Source of the DNA: Candidatus Pacebacteria bacterium CG10_big_fil_rev_8_21_14_0_10_44_54 | GTDB taxonomy: Bacteria; Patescibacteriota; Microgenomatia; UBA1400; PJMF01 | DNA: 64,000 bases | Direction of reading: 5' to 3' | Assembly: GCA_002772695.1 (NCBI GenBank) | Contig: PFDI01000001.1 | Span: forward strand, 33,253 to 97,252 | Part shown: in pieces, positions 27,601-35,711 of the stretch | Position numbering within the stretch: the first letter of the stretch is position 1 | How the letters are laid out: the number at the start of each line of letters is the position of its first letter | Notes under the pieces: generated by a model | What the model was told of the DNA's origin: nothing | Database searches by the model: none | What the model saw: the letters and a program-made list of their open reading frames with translations, nothing else | Program-made: the position numbers and the translations under genes

Positions 27601-29021
27601 GGGCAATGATTCCTGGCCTTGGAGGTCAATGGACTGGCCTAATGGGCTGGACTCCCCATGCTCCCACTTCACCATTCTCTACTTCTGGCAGCACCGCCGG
27701 AAGCTTGTCGTCATCGGGTACTAGTTCGCTTCGAGCGCTCAGATCAGAGGGCGCTGCAAACTCAAGCACTGCCGCGCATTCCGTCTCGAGTACTGGAGGA
27801 GAGTCGTTTTCTGCCGCCAACCAAACTGCAACAGCGGCGACACCGGCTTCGGGTAGCACTTTTGTCCAAGGCGACCCAACGGCCGCCACAACCGCAGCAG
27901 GCTCCTCGTCTCTTACTGGATTACTTGGTGCTACTACCGCCACAGTTGTTGCCACCGCTGCCCCTCTTCTCGGTATTGGAGTTGGCTTATTTTTATCAAT
28001 TCAAGTTTTGTTTATAATTTACGGCGCATTTTTGGTTGATGTGCCATCGGAGGGTCTGGGTGGTCCAACTGCAGAACTTTCAAAGTATGCCACACTCACC
28101 AAAAAAGCTAATCCCAATACGCTTCCCATTAATATTCCAAGCGAGGTAACATATACAGTTGAATTTGCCCCGAAAAGCAAATACCGTCTGCAGATCACTC
28201 GGGTTGAAGATGTTTTCTCATATCAGGGCTGTGATAAGACTCAAGCTAATAGTTGCGACCTTAGCCTTGAATCACCTCTCGAACTTGGATCGTTTCCCAC
28301 CGAATCTATAACTAGCCCTGCAGAGGTAGGCTATTCGGTCACAATAAATGGTAGTGATGTTATGGTCATCAATTCACTCACTATCACCTTTGATGTGTAT
28401 GATTCTGCGGGCACCAAGCTTGCCACCAATGAAAGTATTACGGCGCTAGAGTCAGTTGTTGTCGGCAATCCACAGGTGGGTTGCTTTGTGCCTGGAGAGT
28501 CGGGGGAGGCGTTTATAACTAATTTCGGAACAATCTATTCTATGTCGTGGAACGACAAAAACTCTGCTAGTGACTTTAACAAAATTTTATCTGCTTATAG
28601 CAATACTGTTGGAGCCAACGAACAATTTACCAACTTGCTTTGCGCCAAAGGGCCTATCACTCTTTATAGACTTGATAAAAACCCCAATAACTACTATGGC
28701 TGGGCCATGGGATATAGCAAAATTGGTTTTTACGCAGATACGTTTAACAATGTAGTTGGTACCGAATACACACTTGTTCACGAACTAGGACACATCATTG
28801 ATTATCGCAACGCAGGGCTGCGCGCTTCTTTTACCACACTACTTCCCAGAAATCTCTATGCCTGTTTTGATTATCCTGGAAGCACTTGTTCGGATGGTGA
28901 GGCATTTCCCGAAGCTATTGCTCGCTATGCTACAAATTATAAAAACTACAACTTAAAACAAAAACACCCCAAAGTACACACTTGGCTTAAAAATAACATC
29001 TTTGGGGGTATAGAATATTAA
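24675..29021 (+). CDS. Giant (1448 aa) membrane protein. It has a long coiled-coil N-terminal region, glycine-zipper transmembrane segments, a Ser/Thr/Ala-rich linker, and a C-terminal domain with a HExxH zincin motif.
   Basis: Transmembrane/Gly-zipper segments GLAATGVGLPAAAILTLL...GGALGAIAGGLIGGPIGALIGANVGAMIPGLGG and APLLGIGVGLFLSIQVLFIIYGAFLV. C-terminal YTLVHELGHIIDYRN, with downstream acidic residues (GEAFPEAIARY). Confidence 0.5.
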   Translation: MADSDRDQTTTTTGSDLKDQARQAFGSIFSSANIIPLDKVKRLGVYRPEERPQLAAVFDRLTKFINAQYRLIDNQKIIIRLLDQGAVELTTEDQRQYSEVPEAERRTRLFMADLIQLASDIGKTLWSWEQSEQLREFGEVDEWYWLKELGEEAGTNQISNFFAKEKIAKLQRELFADIWHAFKVGEPEPTDEPAAAVPDASGATVPGEKLEAITAAYAASGKGGDSDAQTDTSETVTAKERTPAEELGIRERQIEQQTLLIKLQQELFENIVGDLTTKEIDQMWSDLEPGLIAEITDFFATHPELREKLAVASAGDSLVRSEIYQQFLLALHTNANLINRLTQMYTAASDRAVVVGPNRAVELEKSLKQAVDILGENQVSRIISHIEQTATIAQIPKTKPAPITTEASPLDQQVLLEPESKLQKSAFEYLTSHAEYEIFRKTRIFLHQLSPELDLSAQNIHTAIAEFARQETLSLTTTQLRLAQADPAYLRSLYERFASNLQRQYPEITNFLIDYGWFISQTSPAEAAQFEHIYRNGILGKTLSAKDALKTELQNTLKGAATAVVIENTITTIDAMILEFGDKAPEFVESISIDRLELAFGLASGTLTSETAPLFLTTLRGQMQLRLTELRMAGNPEFLAAGGFQGGVLPTTPKQTETVLAAVPLSRQLLTTTQSDTETTIAALGAPTKPVEKNHAAWWSSLPKDAQLQVYAKLMGSAAAGEYAAFSAVPFPDKLSALSNTEIRKMLVGIWSESPQLTPDQTAQFQTIDRELETLDRLVIAQVKTAELHKQVVAAIMQDIKDEQAAIIAAQLGLQVAEKASAQATIIAAVNSGQAPIPAQNLVTMNEALVQGGSNALVGADPYASNFAQQFAGRAGSLASSLRSAAMEKLKKKLAGNLLKGAATKAGLAATGVGLPAAAILTLLQNKTARKIVLGGGALLVAKTLYSLTTYGGALGAIAGGLIGGPIGALIGANVGAMIPGLGGQWTGLMGWTPHAPTSPFSTSGSTAGSLSSSGTSSLRALRSEGAANSSTAAHSVSSTGGESFSAANQTATAATPASGSTFVQGDPTAATTAAGSSSLTGLLGATTATVVATAAPLLGIGVGLFLSIQVLFIIYGAFLVDVPSEGLGGPTAELSKYATLTKKANPNTLPINIPSEVTYTVEFAPKSKYRLQITRVEDVFSYQGCDKTQANSCDLSLESPLELGSFPTESITSPAEVGYSVTINGSDVMVINSLTITFDVYDSAGTKLATNESITALESVVVGNPQVGCFVPGESGEAFITNFGTIYSMSWNDKNSASDFNKILSAYSNTVGANEQFTNLLCAKGPITLYRLDKNPNNYYGWAMGYSKIGFYADTFNNVVGTEYTLVHELGHIIDYRNAGLRASFTTLLPRNLYACFDYPGSTCSDGEAFPEAIARYATNYKNYNLKQKHPKVHTWLKNNIFGGIEY

Positions 29022-29022
29022 T

Positions 29023-29592
29023 ATGCATAATTTGCAGACAACTCACTGGATTTTTGCTCGCTGGTATTACACGCTAGCTGCAGCTGCTTTTATCCTATTG
29101 GCGAGCGCTGCAATACTACAGCTTCTCACACCAAAACCAGAAAAAACTGCCACTAGTTTTTCTGCACTCATGCCAGGAAACACCTTTTCGAGTAAAAAAC
29201 AACAAGAGCTTGGAGAGCCTATTGAAAGCGCAATAACCGAACAAGGCGACACAAAATATCTCTATCAATCGAGTTTCGCTGCACTGCCAAACGAGTTGTA
29301 TATTAGTAAAGAAAATAAGGTAGTGTTTATAAAGGAGTTTGTTTTACCAGATCACGAACACACCGTCTCACAATATGCGGCAGAATACGGTGAGCCCGAC
29401 CTGGTTATGTATGACTCTAGCTCGCCCGACTCGGTACGAGCGCATGTATTTTTGGAAGCTGGCTTGGTAGTGGTAGCCCATGTAGACGGCGACATTGTCG
29501 AACAAAAATGGCTTTTTGAACCAACCACGAAAGAGAAGTTTTTGGCAGGATATGGCGATACACTCTCAGAAATTGGCTCTGGACCAGAATAA
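29023..29592 (+). CDS. Small bitopic protein: one N-terminal transmembrane helix plus an extracytoplasmic domain of about 150 aa. Possibly a VirB8/PrgL-like T4SS component.
   Basis: Transmembrane helix WIFARWYYTLAAAAFILLASAAILQLL. Size and topology match VirB8-like proteins. Located between the giant protein and the PrgI-like gene. Confidence 0.3.
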   Translation: MHNLQTTHWIFARWYYTLAAAAFILLASAAILQLLTPKPEKTATSFSALMPGNTFSSKKQQELGEPIESAITEQGDTKYLYQSSFAALPNELYISKENKVVFIKEFVLPDHEHTVSQYAAEYGEPDLVMYDSSSPDSVRAHVFLEAGLVVVAHVDGDIVEQKWLFEPTTKEKFLAGYGDTLSEIGSGPE

Positions 29593-29621
29593 TCAAATGG
29601 TTCTCTATTGATCTTGGCTCT

Positions 29622-30833
29622 TTGCTTCATTACCTCTACAATGAAATAACCCGTATGCGAGAACATCCGATCCCACAAGACATAACCGGTTACCGCTTTC
29701 ACATCGTTGGCAGCATGACGCTCAAGCAGTTTGGGGAGCTCGCACTTGGCGCCATAATTGCTTTTATTATTTATAGCACCAATCTTTTTCCTGTCATCAA
29801 GTGGCCGCTCATGTTTGTCGCCTTTGGCTTGGGGGCGTTGGCAGCGTTTGTCCCGATCGCAGAGCGTCCAATCGACCACTGGATCATCACGTTTTTTAAA
29901 GTGTTGTACAAGCCAACACAGTACTATTGGAAACGAAAAGAAAAAATTCCCGATGTATTTTTGTTCAAACCAGGCAAAATTACCGAGGCTCCAGAAGATG
30001 AGGTCGACCTCACCCCGCTGCGTCGACAGCGAATTAGAGAATACCTCTCCTCCACACAATACGAGACTCCTAGCGACGACCTATTGGTAGAAGAACGTGC
30101 TCAAATCCAAGAAATTACAAAGTTATTTGGCGCCACCCATGTACGTCCAAAAGATATGTCAAGCACACAGCCAAAAATAACCCAACGACCCAACCTCACA
30201 ACTCGGGTAAGAGAAATGAGACAAGATGCTTCATTTGACCAAGTCTTTACTATATTTTCACAAGGAGATGCTCGGTCCGCACCAGTAGAGAAGGCTCGGG
30301 GCGTGCAAGACTTGGTTCAAGAAACGACTAATAGCAACAAAAAGTCTATGTACCTTACTACAGAACAGGTGGCGCAAAACATAGAAGTGCCCGAAACCGA
30401 CTCTATTGCTGTAGAAAAAAACCAAGCAAACAAATCTCTAGAGAGAGCAACTGCTTCGTCTGCACCAGAAGAGCAGTTTTTTATTGCCGATCAAAGCGAA
30501 GCAGATTCTGGACCTGCCGCAGCGGGAGCGGCCACTTACAACACGAGTCTGCCATTTCCAGACAAACCAAGCGTGCCAAATAAGTTGGTTGGCATGGTTC
30601 TCTCTGCACAAAACGAGCTGATTCCCGACGCAATTGTAGAAATTCGCACAGCAAGCGGCTCGATTGAGCGCGCGGTCAAAAGCAATGCTTTGGGTCAATT
30701 TTTTATTACCACTCCTCTGGCAAACGGCGAGTATGTGATTGAGGCAGAAAAAGATCGGCTGCAATTCCCAGCCCAAAGTTTTGTTTTGACTGGCAAGCCA
30801 GTTGATCCAATCGAAATCAGAAGCAGCGCATAA
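29622..30833 (+). CDS. PrgI/VirB3-like T4SS membrane protein with a C-terminal carboxypeptidase-regulatory-like beta-sandwich extension
   Basis: Two closely spaced transmembrane helices near the N-terminus (LALGAIIAFIIYSTNLF, WPLMFVAFGLGALAAFVPI), directly upstream of VirB4. The C-terminus (LVGMVLSAQNELIPDAIVEIRTASGSIERAVKSNALGQFFITTPLANGEYVIEAEKDRL) resembles a CarboxypepD_reg-type fold. Confidence 0.45.
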   Translation: MLHYLYNEITRMREHPIPQDITGYRFHIVGSMTLKQFGELALGAIIAFIIYSTNLFPVIKWPLMFVAFGLGALAAFVPIAERPIDHWIITFFKVLYKPTQYYWKRKEKIPDVFLFKPGKITEAPEDEVDLTPLRRQRIREYLSSTQYETPSDDLLVEERAQIQEITKLFGATHVRPKDMSSTQPKITQRPNLTTRVREMRQDASFDQVFTIFSQGDARSAPVEKARGVQDLVQETTNSNKKSMYLTTEQVAQNIEVPETDSIAVEKNQANKSLERATASSAPEEQFFIADQSEADSGPAAAGAATYNTSLPFPDKPSVPNKLVGMVLSAQNELIPDAIVEIRTASGSIERAVKSNALGQFFITTPLANGEYVIEAEKDRLQFPAQSFVLTGKPVDPIEIRSSA

Positions 30834-30884
30834 CTTGCCGCCTGCCTTGAAACACGCTACGATACTACACAGAGACAAACTTGC

Positions 30885-31916
30885 ATGCCCGATACAATTA
30901 CCACCACCCAATCGTTTTTGGATATTTACGACATCACCAACGACCTACTGTTGATGAAAGACGGCACTACTTCACTAGTGATGATCGTCGACGCGATGAA
31001 CTTTGGCCTGCTTGCAGAATCAGAACAGGACGCCATTATGTATGCCTACGCGGGCCTGCTCAACTCAATCAATTATCCCATTCAAATTGTTATCAACTCG
31101 CGCACCAAAGATGTAACAACCTATCTACATTTACTCGAGCAGCAAGAGTCTGAAACTGCTTCGCCCATTATGCAGGGTCGCATTCGTGCATATCGAGAGT
31201 TTGTTGGCAATCTCATCCACGATCGCAATGTGCTCGACAAAAAGTTTTATGTCGTCATCCCCGCCACTCCGCTAGAGCTCGGTATGATCGCGCCCTCAAG
31301 CGTTCTGCCTGGTAAACAATCGCCGGGGATCGAAAGTATGGAGAGATCTGTTATCATTGAAAAAGCGGTAAACCTGCTTGAGCCAAAACGAGATCATCTT
31401 GCAGCACAGTTTGCGCGAATCGGCCTTTTTTCTCGCCAACTGACTACGCAAGAAATTATCCAATTGTTTTATATCAAGTACAACCCAGAGGCTGCCGAAG
31501 GGCAGCACATCGCTGAAAGTAGTAGTTATAGCGCGCCGCTAGTACACGCGCGCATTCAAGGAGAACATATGGATGCTCCAACACCAACCAACCCAACACC
31601 CACGGCCGTGCCGGAACCAACTGCGACGCCAGTGACTCCGCAGCCAGCTGCTGCAGAACCCACTCCACCAACACCTGTGGCTCAACCTACTTCGCCCACT
31701 CCGCCAGAGCCAGCTGCTGCTACAGCACCTGCTGTATCGCCTGCCCCAACTGCCACAGACGAGAGCGCAATACAAGCAGATCTCAACGCAAGTGTTCAAT
31801 CTATGGGACAGGCGCCAATCACACCAATTCCGCCAGGAGGACCAGCGGCAACAACACCAACTACTCCTGATACTGCGGTTCAACCAGCAACACCCGCGCA
31901 ACTGCCAGAGATTTAG
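30885..31916 (+). CDS. VirB4/TrbE N-terminal domain ORF, ending in a Pro/Thr/Ala-rich low-complexity tail (first part of a split VirB4)
   Basis: FLDIYDITNDLLLMKDGTTSLVMIVDAMNFGLLAESEQDAIMYAYAGLLNSINYPIQIVINS matches the VirB4/PrgJ N-terminal region. The tail is PTPTNPTPTAVPEPTATPVTPQPAAAEPTPPTP... Confidence 0.55.
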   Translation: MPDTITTTQSFLDIYDITNDLLLMKDGTTSLVMIVDAMNFGLLAESEQDAIMYAYAGLLNSINYPIQIVINSRTKDVTTYLHLLEQQESETASPIMQGRIRAYREFVGNLIHDRNVLDKKFYVVIPATPLELGMIAPSSVLPGKQSPGIESMERSVIIEKAVNLLEPKRDHLAAQFARIGLFSRQLTTQEIIQLFYIKYNPEAAEGQHIAESSSYSAPLVHARIQGEHMDAPTPTNPTPTAVPEPTATPVTPQPAAAEPTPPTPVAQPTSPTPPEPAAATAPAVSPAPTATDESAIQADLNASVQSMGQAPITPIPPGGPAATTPTTPDTAVQPATPAQLPEI

Positions 31917-31938
31917 GATTTGGCCAATAAACAATACT

Positions 31939-31967
31939 CAACCCACAACTTTCATTGTTGTGGGTTG
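31939..31967 (+). other. Perfect 11-bp stem / 7-nt loop hairpin in the 70-bp gap between the two VirB4 ORFs
   Basis: caacccacaac-tttcatt-gttgtgggttg. No following T-tract, so it is not a canonical intrinsic terminator. Confidence 0.6.
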
Positions 31968-31986
31968 TTGCGTACAATAGCTTGTA

Positions 31987-33909
31987 ATGCCCAGTCTAAG
32001 CTCGCTCCTACCATTTGCAAAAAAACCAAAAGAAGCAGATCGCTCTTTGCAAGATAACGCGGCGGCTCGCTCGCTCGAAAAAATTCAAGAATTTTCTCGA
32101 GGTCTAGTGACGATTCAAGATATTATTGCACCCGAGGCTATTGAAGTAGATTTTACCTACCAAAAAATTAATTCTACATACACCCGCACCCTATTTGTGG
32201 CCGGTTATCCCCGCAGTGTTCCAGCAAACTGGCTTGGTCCGCTCATCAATTTTCCCCATCAAATGCACGTCTCTATGTTTATTTTTCCAGTTGATTCTGG
32301 AGAAGTGCTCGACAACCTTAAACGCAAAATTACCGAGATGGAAGCAGAAATTCAATCTGACTTACGAGCGGGCAAAATCAGTAACATCAATACCGAGGTA
32401 AAGCTCGAGGACGCTCGCTTTATTCGCGAAGAGCTCGCCAAAGGTTCGGAGCGGTTTTTTCAATTTGGCTTATATGTCACTGTCACCGCCCAATCACTCG
32501 AAGAGCTGAACCGAGTCACCAAGAGTATTCAATCCTCACTTGGTTCATTGCTTATCGTCTCAAAAAATGCCACTCTCCAAATGGATGAGGGATTCAAAAC
32601 CACACTACCAATGGGTGTTGATAAGCTGCTTGTAACTCGCAATATGGATACCACCTCGCTTGCGACAACCTTTCCTTTTACCTCGTCTGAACTCACGATG
32701 GAGAGCGGCATAATGTATGGGATCAATGAACACAACGACTCGCTTGTCATTTTTGATCGATTTGAAATGGAAAATGCCAATATGATTATTTTTGCCAAAT
32801 CTGGTGCTGGCAAGTCCTACACAGTCAAACTCGAAATTTTGCGTCAACTTATGTTTGGAATTGATGTCATCGTGCTCGACCCAGAGCATGAGTATGAAGA
32901 ATTATCCAAAGCAGTTGGTGGTGAGTACCTCAATTTCACCTTTAGTTCAAAAGCGCGCATCAACCCCTTTGATCTCTCCAATATTTATGAAGAGGGAGAA
33001 AATGAGCTAGGACAAAAAATTATCTCACTCCACGGTTTGCTCAAAGTCATGCTCGGCGAGATGACGCCACAACAAGACGCGCTACTCGATCGAGCGCTTG
33101 TGGCAGCTTACAAAGCCAAAGGAATTACTCCTGATCCTGCCACTCAAACACTCGAGCCACCCCTCATGGAGGATGTATATAAGGCACTCATTGGCATGGA
33201 AAATGAGGATGCCAATAACATTGCTGCACGCCTCGAAAAGTTTATCACCGGCTCATTCCGCGGCATTTTTGATCAACCTTCCAATTTTAATATTACTAAT
33301 CAACTCACTGTTTTTTCGGTCAAAGAAATGGAGGAGGGTCTGCGACCAATTGCTATGTACATAATACTCGACTATATCTGGACAAAAGTAAAGAAAAATC
33401 TCAAAAAGCGAATTTTGGTTATTGATGAAGCCTGGTACTTCATGACAAGCAAAGACTCGGCCTCATTTATTTACTCAATGGTAAAACGAGCCCGCAAGTA
33501 CTACCTTGGTATAACCACTATTACGCAAGATGTTGAAGACTTCGTTTCTAACGACTACGGCAAGGCTATTATCTCTAATGCCTCTATTCAGTTTTTGATG
33601 AAACAATCAACCGCCTCTATTCCTGTTCTGGCCGAAACTTTCTACCTTTCTCAGGGAGAAAGACAACTCCTCATCACCGCCGACATTGGTGAAGGTATCT
33701 TTTTTGCTGGACAAAATCACGTTGCGCTTCGTGTGGTGGCCTCGCCAGAAGAGCACGGGATTATTACTACCAATCCGGAAGAGATTCTTAGAAAAAACAA
33801 ACAACGCACGCTTGTTGCTTCCCAAGAAGCAACCAATCAAAATAAATCGCCAGTTACACAAGAAAGTCTGTCGAGTAGTATTGATGACTATTCCCCGCCC
33901 CCAAACTAA
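31987..33909 (+). CDS. VirB4/TrbE/CagE-family T4SS ATPase (central and C-terminal ATPase domains)
   Basis: Walker A IFAKSGAGKSYTV. Walker B LVIDEAWYF. Upstream CagE/TrbE-type region (YTRTLFVAGYPRSVPANWLGPL). Confidence 0.8.
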   Translation: MPSLSSLLPFAKKPKEADRSLQDNAAARSLEKIQEFSRGLVTIQDIIAPEAIEVDFTYQKINSTYTRTLFVAGYPRSVPANWLGPLINFPHQMHVSMFIFPVDSGEVLDNLKRKITEMEAEIQSDLRAGKISNINTEVKLEDARFIREELAKGSERFFQFGLYVTVTAQSLEELNRVTKSIQSSLGSLLIVSKNATLQMDEGFKTTLPMGVDKLLVTRNMDTTSLATTFPFTSSELTMESGIMYGINEHNDSLVIFDRFEMENANMIIFAKSGAGKSYTVKLEILRQLMFGIDVIVLDPEHEYEELSKAVGGEYLNFTFSSKARINPFDLSNIYEEGENELGQKIISLHGLLKVMLGEMTPQQDALLDRALVAAYKAKGITPDPATQTLEPPLMEDVYKALIGMENEDANNIAARLEKFITGSFRGIFDQPSNFNITNQLTVFSVKEMEEGLRPIAMYIILDYIWTKVKKNLKKRILVIDEAWYFMTSKDSASFIYSMVKRARKYYLGITTITQDVEDFVSNDYGKAIISNASIQFLMKQSTASIPVLAETFYLSQGERQLLITADIGEGIFFAGQNHVALRVVASPEEHGIITTNPEEILRKNKQRTLVASQEATNQNKSPVTQESLSSSIDDYSPPPN

Positions 33910-33976
33910 CACTCGTTTTCTCACTTGCTAATTGTGGAAAAGACTGTGTATAACTAAGTGCTCTGCCCCAGTTATT

Positions 33977-35458
33977 ATGGAATCTCGTACGCTCTCACCA
34001 GAAGAAACTTCGCGCGTGTGGCAACAATGTTGTGCACAACTCAAAAAAGACCTAAGTGCGGCTGTTTATAACACGTGGATTGTGGCAAATCCTCTTACCC
34101 ACCTAGAATATATTGATCTGTCTCGGGCAGTTGCAAACATTACAAGCCCAACGGCATTTCACTCAACCAATGTCAAAAAAAACTTTCATACCCAATTAAC
34201 ACAAACTTTGTCTGAACTCACTCAAAGACAAGTAGAAATTTCCTACTACATTGGTTCGCTGCCACAAAACACTGCTGGAGTAATAAAAACAATTAAACCG
34301 GGCAACAACCCTTCCTCAAGACCAATCCTCACCAAACCAGAGTTTTCGCCGTCTCCTCGAGTTGAAGAGCTCTTTTCTCCAAATACAATCGAGTCTGCTG
34401 GTGTGGATCGGATTGCACTAAAAAGTAAACAAATTGGTTTGCGTACCGACTTCACGTTTGAAACTTTTGCCGTCTCAACAAGTAATGAAATGGCACACGC
34501 AGCGGCTACAGCAGTCTCAAATCAGCCAGGAAGCTCTTATAACCCCCTCTTTCTTTATGGTGGCGTCGGCGTCGGCAAAACCCACCTGATGCATGCTATT
34601 GCCAATAATATTCTACAAACAAACCCACAGTCTCGCATGATTTACTGCACTGGTGAGGAGTTTACTAATGAAATTGTTCAGGCGATTCAAACTAAAAGAG
34701 CGGGTGTTTTCAAAGATCGCTATCGCTCAGCACAAGTTTTGCTTATTGATGATATCCAGTTTATCGCTGGAAAAAATGCAGTACAGGAAGAATTTTTTCA
34801 CACGTTCAACGCCCTAACCAAAAAAAGTCATCAAATTGTGCTCACCTCAGACCGACCCCCACAAGAAATTCGACTACTCGAAGATAGGCTGCGGTCGAGA
34901 TTTGAAGCCGGACTTATGATTGATATCCAAGAACCGTCGTTTGAACTGCGAACGGCCATAATTTTACTCAAAAGCCAAGCTCAAAATATAACAATTTCCA
35001 TTGATCTTGCCAAAAAAATTGCTGAAACTGTTGATTCTGCTCGAAGAATTGAGGGTATTATCACCCTGATTCGATCGGCGGTTGAGTTGCAAGGTCGAAA
35101 AATTGATCTTGAACTAATCGAACAGATTATAAAAACTTCCCAACCACTTGAGCAGCGAGGCGTGCTGAAAAAATCTCCTAGTGAAGTCATCAAAACTGTC
35201 GCGACTCACTTTTCTGTCAAACAATTAGCAATCAAAGGCAAAAGTAGAGTAAAGAATCTGGTTACAGCGCGTCATATTGCTATGTATCTTCTCAAAACAG
35301 AGCTTTCACTCCCATTAGTAGAAATTGGTCGTTGGTTTGCAAACCGTGATCACACAAGCGTACTACATGCCGTCAAAAAAATTGAAGCAGAACTCTTGCG
35401 AGACACACAATTACAGCGAGAAATATCATTTATTCGCAAGTCTCTTCAAACCACCTAG
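33977..35458 (+). CDS. dnaA: Chromosomal replication initiator DnaA. ATG 33977 is preferred; the ORF track begins at TTG 33932.
   Basis: AAA+ motif GGVGVGKTHLMHAIAN. Sensor and box motifs. C-terminal DNA-binding domain (VTARHIAMYLLKTELSLPLVEIGRWFANRDHTSVLHAVKKIE). DnaA-box-like TGTGGAAAA and TGTGTATAA at 33934-33954, just upstream. Confidence 0.9.
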   Translation: MESRTLSPEETSRVWQQCCAQLKKDLSAAVYNTWIVANPLTHLEYIDLSRAVANITSPTAFHSTNVKKNFHTQLTQTLSELTQRQVEISYYIGSLPQNTAGVIKTIKPGNNPSSRPILTKPEFSPSPRVEELFSPNTIESAGVDRIALKSKQIGLRTDFTFETFAVSTSNEMAHAAATAVSNQPGSSYNPLFLYGGVGVGKTHLMHAIANNILQTNPQSRMIYCTGEEFTNEIVQAIQTKRAGVFKDRYRSAQVLLIDDIQFIAGKNAVQEEFFHTFNALTKKSHQIVLTSDRPPQEIRLLEDRLRSRFEAGLMIDIQEPSFELRTAIILLKSQAQNITISIDLAKKIAETVDSARRIEGIITLIRSAVELQGRKIDLELIEQIIKTSQPLEQRGVLKKSPSEVIKTVATHFSVKQLAIKGKSRVKNLVTARHIAMYLLKTELSLPLVEIGRWFANRDHTSVLHAVKKIEAELLRDTQLQREISFIRKSLQTT

Positions 35459-35711
35459 TCCTTGTTGATAACTTTGGTGATATCTTTGTATTACTGTTAA
35501 TAAAGTTGGTATAAAAATCGATAATAATTACTACGTGTTCACAAGTACTCACAATTGTTCCCTACAAATTCACAAGCTTTTCCCCGCAGTTGTACATTTG
35601 TTATCCACACCTTACTACTTGGCTAAAACACTCTGTTATACCCAAAGTATCTGCTCTCTACTACTACTATGACTACTAATTAGAACTGGATAAATACAGT
35701 ACAATGCACAC
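35459..35711. other. Putative oriC: the AT-rich dnaA-dnaN spacer with DnaA boxes
   Basis: Perfect TTATCCACA at 35601-35609. Box-like TGTTCACAA (35536-35544), CTCACAAT and TTCACAAG. AT-rich stretch 35464-35534. Confidence 0.6.

Noticed and set aside
26537-27955. Several 60-120-aa ORFs antisense to the giant 1448-aa gene (and similar antisense ORFs within the 9482-13789, 43219-45444 and 61577-63973 genes)
   Set aside because: These are shadow ORFs inside long, well-supported coding frames. Their composition is low-complexity (Ala/Pro/Ser/Arg-rich) with no start context. I judged them spurious.
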